NCBI GenBank assembly: GCA_018830005.1
Contig: JAHJTE010000003.1
Span: 265,674 to 302,651 of the forward strand
Direction: 5' to 3'
From: Candidatus Omnitrophota bacterium
GTDB lineage: Bacteria; Omnitrophota; Gorgyraeia; JAHJTE01
DNA: 36,978 nt
Made by a program: the position numbers and the translations under genes
The notes under the pieces: model-generated
What the model was told of the DNA's origin: nothing
The model's input: the letters and a program-made list of their open reading frames with translations, nothing else
The model's database searches: none
Shown: in pieces, positions 1 through 8,800 of the stretch
How positions within the stretch are numbered: position 1 is the stretch's first letter
Layout of the letters: each line of letters starts with the position of its first letter

Positions 1-740
1 TCAAATACCATTTCTGGCTTCTCATCAGTGTTGTATCTTCCCAAAAAGTCATATTTTCTCGTCACGTGGCCGCTAGGCTTCAAGGAAGAGGCAAAGAAAT
101 TCAGATACGCATAAGACTTAATATCCATATCGCCCCAGGCCGCAGTCTTTTTAGCCAGAATACAGTTATGCCGTTTGTCAAACCAGACGCGATTGTATAA
201 ATTCATAATATTGCGATAGCGAAGCTCTAAATGATAATCGCCGAGCAGCCATTCGCAATAAGGAAATAGCTCTAAGCTCCTTTTTTTCTTGCTTTCGTTT
301 TTTATATTTACCAGCCAGATCTCGCAGGTGTCTTTGGTGGGCACAAAATAAGTCACCTTAGAGGAAATACCATTAAATTTAGAATAAATCTGGGTATATC
401 CTAAGCCGTGACGGCACTCGTAGTTATCAAGTTTTTGTTTTACCGGCTGATAAGTCAAGCTCCAGATTTTCGTCGTGTGTCGTGTGTCGTGTGTCGTGTG
501 TTTATTATCCTGGGATTTGACATATATATAACGGCCGGGCCTGTCAACCTGCCAGTTTTCCGGAAGCCAGCGCAATAGGCGGTCAGTACGGCAATCCTTA
601 TAAAAACTATAGCCACCACCAGTATGAGAAGAAATCGCGCAATAATCTTCATTAGTCAGATAATTAATCCAAGGCCGGGGGGTATTAGGGTTGGTAATTA
701 TGAATTCTGTTGCGTCCTTGCTGAAATGGCCATATTTCAT
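1..740 (-). CDS. GH94 glycoside phosphorylase (cellobiose/chitobiose phosphorylase-like), 5' part; runs off the window start
   Basis: Manual translation from ATG at 738-740 has no stop to position 1: MKYGHFSKDATEFIITNPNTPRPWINYLTNEDYCAISSHTGGGYSFYKDC...YECRHGLGYT...FLGRYNT. This matches the typical GH94 N-terminus. SD AGAAAGGA lies 8 nt upstream. Absent from the ORF track because the stop is outside the window. Confidence 0.88.
   Translation of the reverse strand, partial: MKYGHFSKDATEFIITNPNTPRPWINYLTNEDYCAISSHTGGGYSFYKDCRTDRLLRWLPENWQVDRPGRYIYVKSQDNKHTTHDTRHTTKIWSLTYQPVKQKLDNYECRHGLGYTQIYSKFNGISSKVTYFVPTKDTCEIWLVNIKNESKKKRSLELFPYCEWLLGDYHLELRYRNIMNLYNRVWFDKRHNCILAKKTAAWGDMDIKSYAYLNFFASSLKPSGHVTRKYDFLGRYNTDEKPEMVF
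474..501. repeat. Heptanucleotide tandem repeat (CGTGTGT)x4 inside the GH94 coding region
   Basis: Four perfect copies at 474-480, 481-487, 488-494, 495-501 plus a partial CGT at 471-473. Encodes HTTHDTRHTT in the GH94 frame. Confidence 0.95.
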
Positions 741-811
741 ATTTGATATCCTTTCTAAATTTTAGTGAGTTAAGGTAATAAGGGAAATTTCTCAAGCAAT
801 CATAAGAATTT

Positions 812-840
812 AAAATAACACAAATAGATAGGCGGGTCAA
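812..840 (-). promoter_or_regulatory. Putative sigma-70 promoter for the GH94 gene
   Basis: Minus strand TTGACC (835-840), 17 nt spacer, TATTTT (812-817) with an extended TG. The -10 is weak. Confidence 0.4.
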
Positions 841-991
841 GCCTTTTATCTTAATTGATCTGAGTTTGTAAGAACTGATTTTGCAAGAAGATCTCAAAAA
901 TCGGTCATCCTTTACTCCAGTTAAGTTCGGCCCTCTCTAACATTGTAATTGTCTACACTGACTAATATTGATAACCGCTATAAAAAGGAAA

Positions 992-2155
992 CTAAAGTAC
1001 CTTACCTTGCCATAATTCACTCAAAAAGTTACCCCACGGTAATATCTCTATTTTACCATGAAGCCTCTTTTCCTTCTCATTACAAATAATAATGCTTCTT
1101 TTTGGAGAATGTTCTTCCATAAAAGCTGTTAGCCCGTTTAAATCCCTTTTGTCCAGGCGACCTGACCCTTTGATCTCTATGGCAATCTTTCCCCCTCCCA
1201 GCACTAAATCTACTTCCATACCTGACTTTGTTCTCCAGAAATTTATTTCAAATTCCCGCGAACAATATGCACGGTAAGCAACTATTTCCATAAGTAAAAA
1301 ATGTTCAAGCGCTTTCCCAAATTCCACGCCTCTCTCATTCTCCAGATGCCGCTTTGTCAAACAGCCGGCAACACCTACATCAAACAGGTAATATTTCGAG
1401 GCCTTAGTAATAACCTGTCGTGATTGCCTCTTTTTGAAAGGCTCAATCCTAATAGCCAACAACGTATCAATAAGAATCTGATAGTATTCTTTTACAGTCT
1501 TTGAATCTACCCCGCAATCACGAGCGATATTGTAATAGTTTGTAAGCTCACCATGTGAATAACCAAAGGCATCAATAAATCTTGAAAATGCAGGAATGTT
1601 TCGCGTTAACCCTTCGGCAAAAATTTCCTCTCTCAAATAATCCTGTACATATGCTTTCAAAGATTTCCTGCATTCGTTATCGTCTTGTAAATAGTGCACT
1701 GGTATCATTCCGTGATTTAAGATATGTAAGAGATTTGGGGCTTTAAGTTCAGCCGTAACCAGCGGAAACATTTCAAAACGCCATGCTCTTCCCCCTAAAA
1801 GATTAACGTGTCCTCTCCTTAATTTTCTAGCACTTGATCCACAAAGAATAAAACGTAATCCTTTGTTCTCGATCAACCAATGCACTTCATCAAGAATCTG
1901 TGGAATCTTCTGCACTTCATCAAGTACTATTGGATGCTTTATGTCACTCTTATCCTTTGCAAGTAGTCTTTCTCGTAATAGTGCTGGATTCTTAGATACT
2001 TCAATAAAAAAGTCTGTCTTTAAAAAATCATATATCAGACTATTTGGAAAATGTTTTCTCAAATAGGTAGTCTTGCCTACTTTTCTAGGCCCCCATAAAA
2101 ACGCGGATTGTCGCTTAGGAAGCCTTATATTCAGGATTCTCTCTATATTTCTCAT
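992..2155 (-). CDS. AAA+ ATPase, AAA_14 + DUF4143 type
   Basis: Walker A GPRKVGKT, Walker B IVLDEVQK, GRA motif, KxYxxDxG, and a C-terminal PD-(D/E)xK-like EVDLV...IAIEIK. 387 aa. Confidence 0.88.
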   Translation of the reverse strand: MRNIERILNIRLPKRQSAFLWGPRKVGKTTYLRKHFPNSLIYDFLKTDFFIEVSKNPALLRERLLAKDKSDIKHPIVLDEVQKIPQILDEVHWLIENKGLRFILCGSSARKLRRGHVNLLGGRAWRFEMFPLVTAELKAPNLLHILNHGMIPVHYLQDDNECRKSLKAYVQDYLREEIFAEGLTRNIPAFSRFIDAFGYSHGELTNYYNIARDCGVDSKTVKEYYQILIDTLLAIRIEPFKKRQSRQVITKASKYYLFDVGVAGCLTKRHLENERGVEFGKALEHFLLMEIVAYRAYCSREFEINFWRTKSGMEVDLVLGGGKIAIEIKGSGRLDKRDLNGLTAFMEEHSPKRSIIICNEKEKRLHGKIEILPWGNFLSELWQGKVL

Positions 2156-2162
2156 TTTGTAT

Positions 2163-2220
2163 TATACTCCATATTAGCCTTACTAATTTGGAGTATATTC
2201 CATTTTTGGAAAATAGTCAA
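2163..2220 (-). promoter_or_regulatory. Sigma-70 promoter of the ATPase gene overlapped by a 35-bp inverted repeat (probable operator)
   Basis: Minus strand TTGACT (2215-2220), 17 nt, TATACT (2192-2197). Inverted repeat TATACTCCA-t-ATTAG-cctta-CTAAT-t-TGGAGTATA at 2163-2197. Confidence 0.65.
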
Positions 2221-2315
2221 GTCTTTTCTTTTGCTCCTTTTGTAGAATTACGATGATCAAAACCTCTAGTCTCTACTTGTAATTTTGCATTCCAATTGCA
2301 AATATGCCATATAAT

Positions 2316-2441
2316 TTATCGCCTGGCAAGCCCTTGCTCTCCGGCTCCCGCAATCCACTTTCCTTTTAGCTCATCCATCTGGGCAATCTTTGACCAGATC
2401 TCAGAAGAGATATTTTGCAGCCTTTCTCTAAATTTACTCCT
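2316..2441 (-). pseudogene. Probable remnant of the N-terminus of a Fic-family gene
   Basis: Frame reads RSKFRERLQNISSEIWSKIAQMDELKGKWIAGAGEQGLARR-stop. This resembles, from memory, the N-terminus of a Fic/DOC subfamily (IWxKIxxIDELKGxWIxGA). No start codon (AGG where ATG might have been) and an early stop. Confidence 0.45.
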
Positions 2442-2511
2442 ATTCCCAGGAAAATGGTTATCTTATATTTTAACTATATAAGATTACAATTGTATGTCGA
2501 GTATTTTCTTG

Positions 2512-2564
2512 TTGACAAACGATAGAAATATGTTACACTTGTAACAGATATGTTACATAAGGAG
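2512..2564 (+). promoter_or_regulatory. Promoter/operator and RBS of the HTH-MNT/HEPN operon
   Basis: TTGACA (2512-2517), 16 nt, extended TGn-TACACT (2531-2539). Three TGTTACA half-sites at 2531-2537, 2540-2546 (inverted) and 2551-2557. SD AAGGAG at 2559-2564. Confidence 0.75.
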
Positions 2565-2569
2565 TAGGT

Positions 2570-3169
2570 ATGAAATTCCACATCCCATTATTAGATGTGC
2601 TAAACTCAAGGACAAAAGTAAAGATTATGAAGTTCTTATTAACCCATGAGGCCTCTATGAGTGAAAGGGAAATAGCCTCGATTTTAAAAGTCTCACATAT
2701 GAGTATAAACAGGACTATGAGAGAACTTGCGGATTTTAATTTCGTAAACTTTATCAACGTTGGAAAAGCACATCTATGGAAGATAAATCGTAAAAGTTAT
2801 GCTTTTAAAATCCTATCGGAATTAATTCAGGGGGTTTCAATTATCAAAGAACCTTTAGGACAACTAAAAATCACTCTCTTGCGAAATTTACCTAAAACCC
2901 TAGTTAAAAAAGTTGTTCTTTTTGGTTCGGTGGCAAAGGGATTAGAAAAACCAAATAGTGACATAGATCTATTTATTTTGGTTAAAGATAAACAAACTAA
3001 GATAAAACTTGAACCTGCAATTGAAAAGCTATCAAATTTATGTTTCGAAATATTCGGAAATAGATTATTCCCTTACATCCTTACAGACCAAGAACTAAAA
3101 CAGAAGGAAAAATTAAAACTTATCTCTGAAATTGAAAAGGGTATTCAATTATTCCCGAAAAGGAAATAA
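2570..3169 (+). CDS. Winged-HTH fused to minimal nucleotidyltransferase (MNT), putative antitoxin
   Basis: N-terminal HTH (MSEREIASILKVSHMSINRTMREL). C-terminal polB-type NTase motif VVLFGSVAKG...SDIDLFILV. Confidence 0.85.
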   Translation: MKFHIPLLDVLNSRTKVKIMKFLLTHEASMSEREIASILKVSHMSINRTMRELADFNFVNFINVGKAHLWKINRKSYAFKILSELIQGVSIIKEPLGQLKITLLRNLPKTLVKKVVLFGSVAKGLEKPNSDIDLFILVKDKQTKIKLEPAIEKLSNLCFEIFGNRLFPYILTDQELKQKEKLKLISEIEKGIQLFPKRK

Positions 3170-3175
3170 TAAATA

Positions 3176-3583
3176 ATGGTCTCTAAAGTAAAAACTAAAG
3201 ACGTTTCAAAATCGCTATATGTTAATTTTCTTAAACGTGCCGAAGAATGTTTTCATGCAGCACAAAGTTCTTCCTCTGTCCAAGAGTGGAATGCTGCAAC
3301 AATTAATGCTATTCACTGTTGCATTGCGGCTTGCGATGCTATGTGTGTATATTATTTAGGCAAGCGCTTTACCGGTGAAAAGCATCAGAATGCAGTTGAT
3401 CTTTTTAAGGTAGTCAAAAGTGGCGATGAAAACTTAAACACAAATGCAAATAGAATCCTAAGAATTCTTCGCATTAAAAATATGGCAGAATATGAAGAAA
3501 GGCTGGTTTATAGATCTGAAGCAGAGAAAGTGTTAAAAGACTCTCAAAGGTTGCTTGAATATGTTAAAAAAGAACTACCATAA
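3176..3583 (+). CDS. HEPN-domain protein, partner of the MNT gene
   Basis: 135 aa, all-helical. FLKRAEEC..A, WNAATINAIHCCI.ACDA and RIKNMAEY motifs. Starts 6 nt after the MNT stop. Confidence 0.8.
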   Translation: MVSKVKTKDVSKSLYVNFLKRAEECFHAAQSSSSVQEWNAATINAIHCCIAACDAMCVYYLGKRFTGEKHQNAVDLFKVVKSGDENLNTNANRILRILRIKNMAEYEERLVYRSEAEKVLKDSQRLLEYVKKELP

Positions 3584-3675
3584 GTTGTATTTTTAACTCT
3601 CCTTCTTTAAATCTTCTAGACGCTTAAAAACATTATCTATGTTGTATCCCCTTCGACTTTCCTATGCACCATTTT

Positions 3676-4005
3676 TTAGCGATTAAGCATATCCTGCAAT
3701 ACTGAAAATGCTACTAAATTCACAGACTGTTCTCTTAAGGCAATGCCAGCGCGCCAGCCCTCAGGAAAATACTCCCTTGACCAGATAACGTTCCCGGCAA
3801 GAGTGAGAAAATCTCCTTTCTTTGGAACCTTAACCTTTAAGTCAACATCGCCTTCTAATGGCAGTCTATCCTTGCTGAATATACCCAATCCCTTTGCGCC
3901 CAAATCTCTTACCTCTGCCTCTAGCTCTGTATTAACCTTTTTTGAGCTAAGAAACAAAGGGAGTTTCAGCCCAGTCCTGTCAAAGTAACGACGTTCTTCC
4001 TGCAT
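3676..4005 (-). CDS. PilZ-domain protein (c-di-GMP receptor)
   Basis: RxxxR (RRYFDR) and DxGxxG (DLGAKG) motifs. Start moved to ATG 4003-4005 because AGGAGG lies upstream and the 4080 start overlaps the next gene. Confidence 0.82.
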   Translation of the reverse strand: MQEERRYFDRTGLKLPLFLSSKKVNTELEAEVRDLGAKGLGIFSKDRLPLEGDVDLKVKVPKKGDFLTLAGNVIWSREYFPEGWRAGIALREQSVNLVAFSVLQDMLNR

Positions 4006-4058
4006 GTTCCCTACACCTCCTTTTATATACAGACGATCTCGAAATGCTAAGTTGTGAC

Positions 4059-4439
4059 TTAATTCAAACCTTCCCACCACTTCTTCGTAAGTTCATGCTT
4101 ACAAAAATTATATGAATAGTTGAAAATTCTCTCTTTATCAATATCCCTTAAGCTATCAAACCTTACGCCTGTCTTAACATATAACTCTCTGGCCTCTGAA
4201 AATATATCTTTCTGCCAGAGAATCTTAGCTTTCGCACATATGTAGCGGTCTTCATCAGAGACATCAATAACTAATTCCAATTCTGCGTCTGGTGGATGTC
4301 TCTTCTCAGAAAGAAAACTCAAGCCACCAATGCTGATGTCACTTGCCTTGGCCTGATTTTCAGCTTCTTCTATTCCGGCCTGCTTAACACCTACACCTGT
4401 CTCTAGATTCCAGCGAGCATTCTGCCTTCTTTCCTGCAT
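4059..4439 (-). CDS. PilZ-domain protein (c-di-GMP receptor)
   Basis: MQERRQNAR (RxxxR) and DISIGG (DxSxxG), ending in GVRF. Start region resembles that of the neighbouring PilZ gene (GGTGTAG...ATGCAGGAA). Confidence 0.87.
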   Translation of the reverse strand: MQERRQNARWNLETGVGVKQAGIEEAENQAKASDISIGGLSFLSEKRHPPDAELELVIDVSDEDRYICAKAKILWQKDIFSEARELYVKTGVRFDSLRDIDKERIFNYSYNFCKHELTKKWWEGLN

Positions 4440-4497
4440 AGTCTACACCCCCTCAGCTATATTTTACACCCAAATAATGTTTTTTTGGGAATTTTTA

Positions 4498-5814
4498 TCA
4501 ACAAATTCCCACGAATACCTCCTTCATAACCACACTTATTGCACCAAGTGCAACTGCTTTTTTCTCGTCAATATCGCTAATTAACACCTTGATTGTCTCT
4601 GTCTCTTTAATATCAGCCAGCTTCAGTTTCTCTTGAAGCATATGTTTTAATTGCGGTAGTTCTTTCTGGACTCTTTTTGCGATATAGATAACATCCGGAC
4701 CTAACAGCTCTATCAATGCCAAGGCCCTATCTTGTAACTCTAATGTAACTAATTCTACCTTGCCTTCAATTTCCTTCTCAGGCTTATAGATATCCCCTGC
4801 TAATATCAGACTTAACAGATGCCTTGAGTGTATATAGAGAATATTCTTATTAGACAATTCGCGCAGCATCCACATCTGGGCATAAGACTCTAAATGGAAA
4901 TTCTCTTCAATAACTACCGGTAAGCTAAATTCTCGAAAGATGTAATCTTCAAAACCTGTATGTTGCTGCATATCAGCTAAGCCAATGCCAATACCTAAAA
5001 CCTGGCTTGCCTTTGAGCCTAACTTACCTATAATACTGCTGATAAGGCTCCTAAGCTCTGTCTCTATATCGTTTTTATCTCTAATCGGCTTTTTATCTTC
5101 TAAAATTATATCAAATGCCATATTTGCTACTAATGCCAGCATGTATCCAGCCTCAGCATTTACTTCTATACCCAAAATCAAACCAAAGTCCTTATTAAGC
5201 TCTAATAACTGGGCACGTCTGCCGCCGCTGGATAAATCCAGGCCACAATCAAAAACCAAACCTGCTCTCAAAAAGTCTTCAATAAACTTACCCACGCTTA
5301 CGACGTTCAGGTCTACTTGTTTAGATATATCTGCCTTGGTTACCGGGCCAAATCTTCTGATATAATCAAGTATCGCAAAACTCCTGCGTTCTTTATCCGC
5401 TAACTCAACAAGAGGCTGCTTTAGGAATTTTATCTTGCGAGTCTCTTTCTTCTCTGGAGTTACCTTTTGATAGATATATGTCAGATAAGTTTGTTTCTGT
5501 TTTTCATCAATCTGTATTATCTCCAAACCCACACCGCTTATTGAGTCCTGCTTTCTCTTAACCCAGGCAACCTGACAGATAAGGCGCATAGGCTTGCCTT
5601 CTCTATGAAGCTGTAAATCAAGATGCACTATATTGCCGATTGACTCTAAAGAAAGATTGTGGGAAACAAACAGACCGCCCTCAGAGATATTTAAGCTCTT
5701 AGCCTCGCTCCAGGCAGACTCGGTCCTATCCGAGAACCTGAATCTTACTGGCAGGGTCTCAGGCAAGCGCTGGAATCTTCTCTTTTCGTTGTGGGCTAAC
5801 GTATTATTAAACAT
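4498..5814 (-). CDS. PilZ-winged HTH-ROK (NagC/XylR-like) fusion regulator
   Basis: N-terminal PilZ (KRRFQR, NISEGG). wHTH GPVTKADISKQVDLNVVSVGKFIEDFLRAGLV followed by SSGGRR. ROK-like ILGIEV, GIGIG and LPVVIEEN, with a shortened C-terminus. Confidence 0.8.
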   Translation of the reverse strand: MFNNTLAHNEKRRFQRLPETLPVRFRFSDRTESAWSEAKSLNISEGGLFVSHNLSLESIGNIVHLDLQLHREGKPMRLICQVAWVKRKQDSISGVGLEIIQIDEKQKQTYLTYIYQKVTPEKKETRKIKFLKQPLVELADKERRSFAILDYIRRFGPVTKADISKQVDLNVVSVGKFIEDFLRAGLVFDCGLDLSSGGRRAQLLELNKDFGLILGIEVNAEAGYMLALVANMAFDIILEDKKPIRDKNDIETELRSLISSIIGKLGSKASQVLGIGIGLADMQQHTGFEDYIFREFSLPVVIEENFHLESYAQMWMLRELSNKNILYIHSRHLLSLILAGDIYKPEKEIEGKVELVTLELQDRALALIELLGPDVIYIAKRVQKELPQLKHMLQEKLKLADIKETETIKVLISDIDEKKAVALGAISVVMKEVFVGIC

Positions 5815-5826
5815 CTCTATTCATTA

Positions 5827-8800
5827 TTAGAGCAATCGTCCTAGGTAAAAATCTTCGATTATCGCAACAGCCTCCTGGTATGTGTCAACTATTCTATAAC
5901 GATTTAAATCCTCCTCAACTATAACTCCGGCAGGCAAAAGAGTCTTTTTAAACCAAGTATGCCAGGGCTGCCAGAAATCTCTTCCAAGTAAAACTACGGG
6001 AACCTGTTCTATCTTTTCCAGTTGCATCAAACATAATACTTCAAATAAAATATCCAATGTGCCTGTTCCACCCTGCAAGAAAACAAAACCCAAGCTACTA
6101 TGTCTGATAAGGGCCATCTTCTGTTCAAACGTATAGCTAAAGCCCAAGTTCATGCTCGCATGATTAGAATGATCTCTATTGCCTTTAAGCAATAAAGATA
6201 TGCATTGTGAATTAGTCCCTTTTACATCCTTATAACCCTGAGCGGCTGCAGCAGAAATACCCCTATGGCCTTTATAGATTACAGATATGTCACTATTGGC
6301 TAAACCTTTAGTTACCTGCCTTGCCTGTTCATACTCCGGACTAGTCTCGGAAACAAGTTCTGAACCTACAATACCAAAGGCAGGAACAACCTTCTCAATT
6401 CTCTTCAAAGTCCGATATAGATCTCTAATTACCTGCTCAATGTCAACATTATTATTAGCATTTAACTTCTCTAAACAAGCCTCATCTTCTAAATATCTAA
6501 GTATTCTCTGACTAGAATCTAAAACAACGAATAAATCTTTCGGCCTCTTTCTCAATAAACCCCGTTCAGACAAATCTCTCATTCGCTCTTCTAATCCTTG
6601 ATAGAATTTTCTACTAACATTATCAAACAAGACCAAGGGAAAATCATTGATATGGCCTTGATCCTTTAAGCTAGCTATTTCAAAAAATTCATCTAAGGTT
6701 CCAAAACCACCCGGCATACATAACGCGCCAACGCTTAAATCAATGAACGCTCTTTTGCGGGCGAATAAATACTTAAACATTAAACCTATATCAACAAATT
6801 CATTGCCTTCCTCCTTCGGGCATTGTATTTGCAAACCAACAGATGGCCGAGAAGTCGCAACACTGTTAGCCGCCCGCATCACTCCCGGGCCTCCGCCAGT
6901 AACTATAGAGTAGCCATTACCATCTAACTTCCTTACTAAATCTTGAGTATCATTATAAATCGAATCAGCCTCACCAACACTAGCTGAACCAAAAATAGAT
7001 AATGCTGGATGTATTCTTCTAATTTGATTTTCATACTGCCTTAATTCTCTAACAATATCCTGGATAAGTCTTGAAAGTTTAGCATCATTTAACTGCCCTA
7101 AAAACTGAACTAAACTTCCAGGCATATCTACACTTGGCCTGATAAATATCCACAATGTATCATATTTATCTTTGACAGTGAGTCTTATAACTCTCCAGCC
7201 GCGCTGGGCCATAAGTTTATATACCCGGCTAATCTCCTCATATCTTTTATCATCCAGAACCGCAGGAAAGAGATGAAAATGTACATCAATGCCGGGATAA
7301 CTATCAAAAACTTCAGCCAGTAACTCTGCGCGCTGCCTCTCTGACTCTGAATTTCCTAACTTAAAGCCCATATCCTCAGGATAAAGGTATCTAATAGCTG
7401 CATCCGAGACTATGATTGTTGGAGATTTGCTGCCTTCAATAACTTTATGCATAAAATCGATATCATAAATATCACCAGGTCCATCAGGTGGGAAATAATT
7501 AAAACCCTCATCAGAATAATCAGCGATGTTCCCCGCTAAATCTATTGCTATATATTCTCCAGCATAATCCTCTTTTCTTAGCGCCTCATATAACCTAAAT
7601 CTAGTTTCCGGACCGAGTTCAATTATAGTAGCTGCGTAAGCCATAGCCTTAATTAAATCTTTAGACAAAATCTCCCAAGTCAACGGGTCTGCCACATCAG
7701 TTATGCTGTTAAGTGTATATGTCTCAATATCAGCGGGTTTTTCTGATACCCCGCCGTTGCGGGGGTCGGAAGGCTGAAATACCCTAATTATTCTGCGGAT
7801 CTCTTCAGGTGTAATAAGTCTGTCTCTTCCTTTTCTTAATTTTTCTGACATCTCTGAAACTACAGGATCGAGCTCCTCGCTTGGACCCGCAATTTCCTGG
7901 CCGTATTGCCTTAACAACTCTAAGACAAAAATGCTGAATCTCATCCAAGGCCCCTTTTTAACAATCATTAGTGCCAATCGAAAAAGCCTAGTGTAGTCAA
8001 CCGACTCTAATTGCTCTATAATCCACTGTAATTGAGTTCGTGCGCAATAGTGGTGCTCTCTTGTGCGTAAAACTAGAGCAAAATCCTTTTTGAAACGACC
8101 ATATTCTAGTATGACTTGAGACTCTTCGATATCTTCGCTCCAACCTATTTGTTCAAGAATAGAAAAGCCTCCCAAATCGCTTATAATTTCACTAATGAAG
8201 CAGTCACCAGAAAAAATATTATGGTCAAGTTCATGGGCGCATGTACTTACAAAATAACTAGTAGCAAAACTTGTACCCTTAATATAGGGAATGCCAAATA
8301 TAAAATAAGAAGACGCGTTATCATACTTCTCACTAAAACAAGCTTGAATTAGAATTTTATATACTAAAAGCCTATATTCTTCTTTACTAATTAAAGAGAT
8401 TAGAAGGTTCTGACGAAATAGTAATATTGATAGCAGAACTTTCGTAAGTATCTTATCTCTGTCTTTACTAGCTAAAATAGCATCCATCTTGCCTAAGCCT
8501 ACTAATGTTTGTCTTGCTCTTTCTAAGTATCCATCTATATTAGTTCCTTCCATATTGATAAGATAAGAGCATTCTTCCTCTAAATCCTTAAGCCAAACTA
8601 AATCTCTTTCATTAGCTATCAAGATATTTAAAGAATTAATGAACCATTCTTCATTATTTTCAAAACCTTTCCCTACTATCTCTAGGTCAATATGCCTGGC
8701 TAATCTTTCAAATTCATCTATGCCGAACTTATAAATACGCACTAAATTATGAGAAAAAGCGGCATTATTTCTACTAAATGCGTAACGCATCCTATCTCTT

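Noticed and set aside
455-652. 65-aa ORF with a hydrophobic N-terminus
   Set aside because: Alternative frame inside the GH94 gene, which has a far better SD and family signature.
685-897. 70-aa minus-strand ORF
   Set aside because: Overlaps the GH94 start and promoter region; no recognisable motif.
2533-2757. 74-aa ORF antisense to the MNT gene
   Set aside because: Shadow of a well-supported gene with promoter and SD on the other strand.
4006-4080. Longer N-terminus of the 3676 PilZ gene
   Set aside because: Overlaps the upstream PilZ gene; the SD and the paralogous MQE start favour ATG at 4005.
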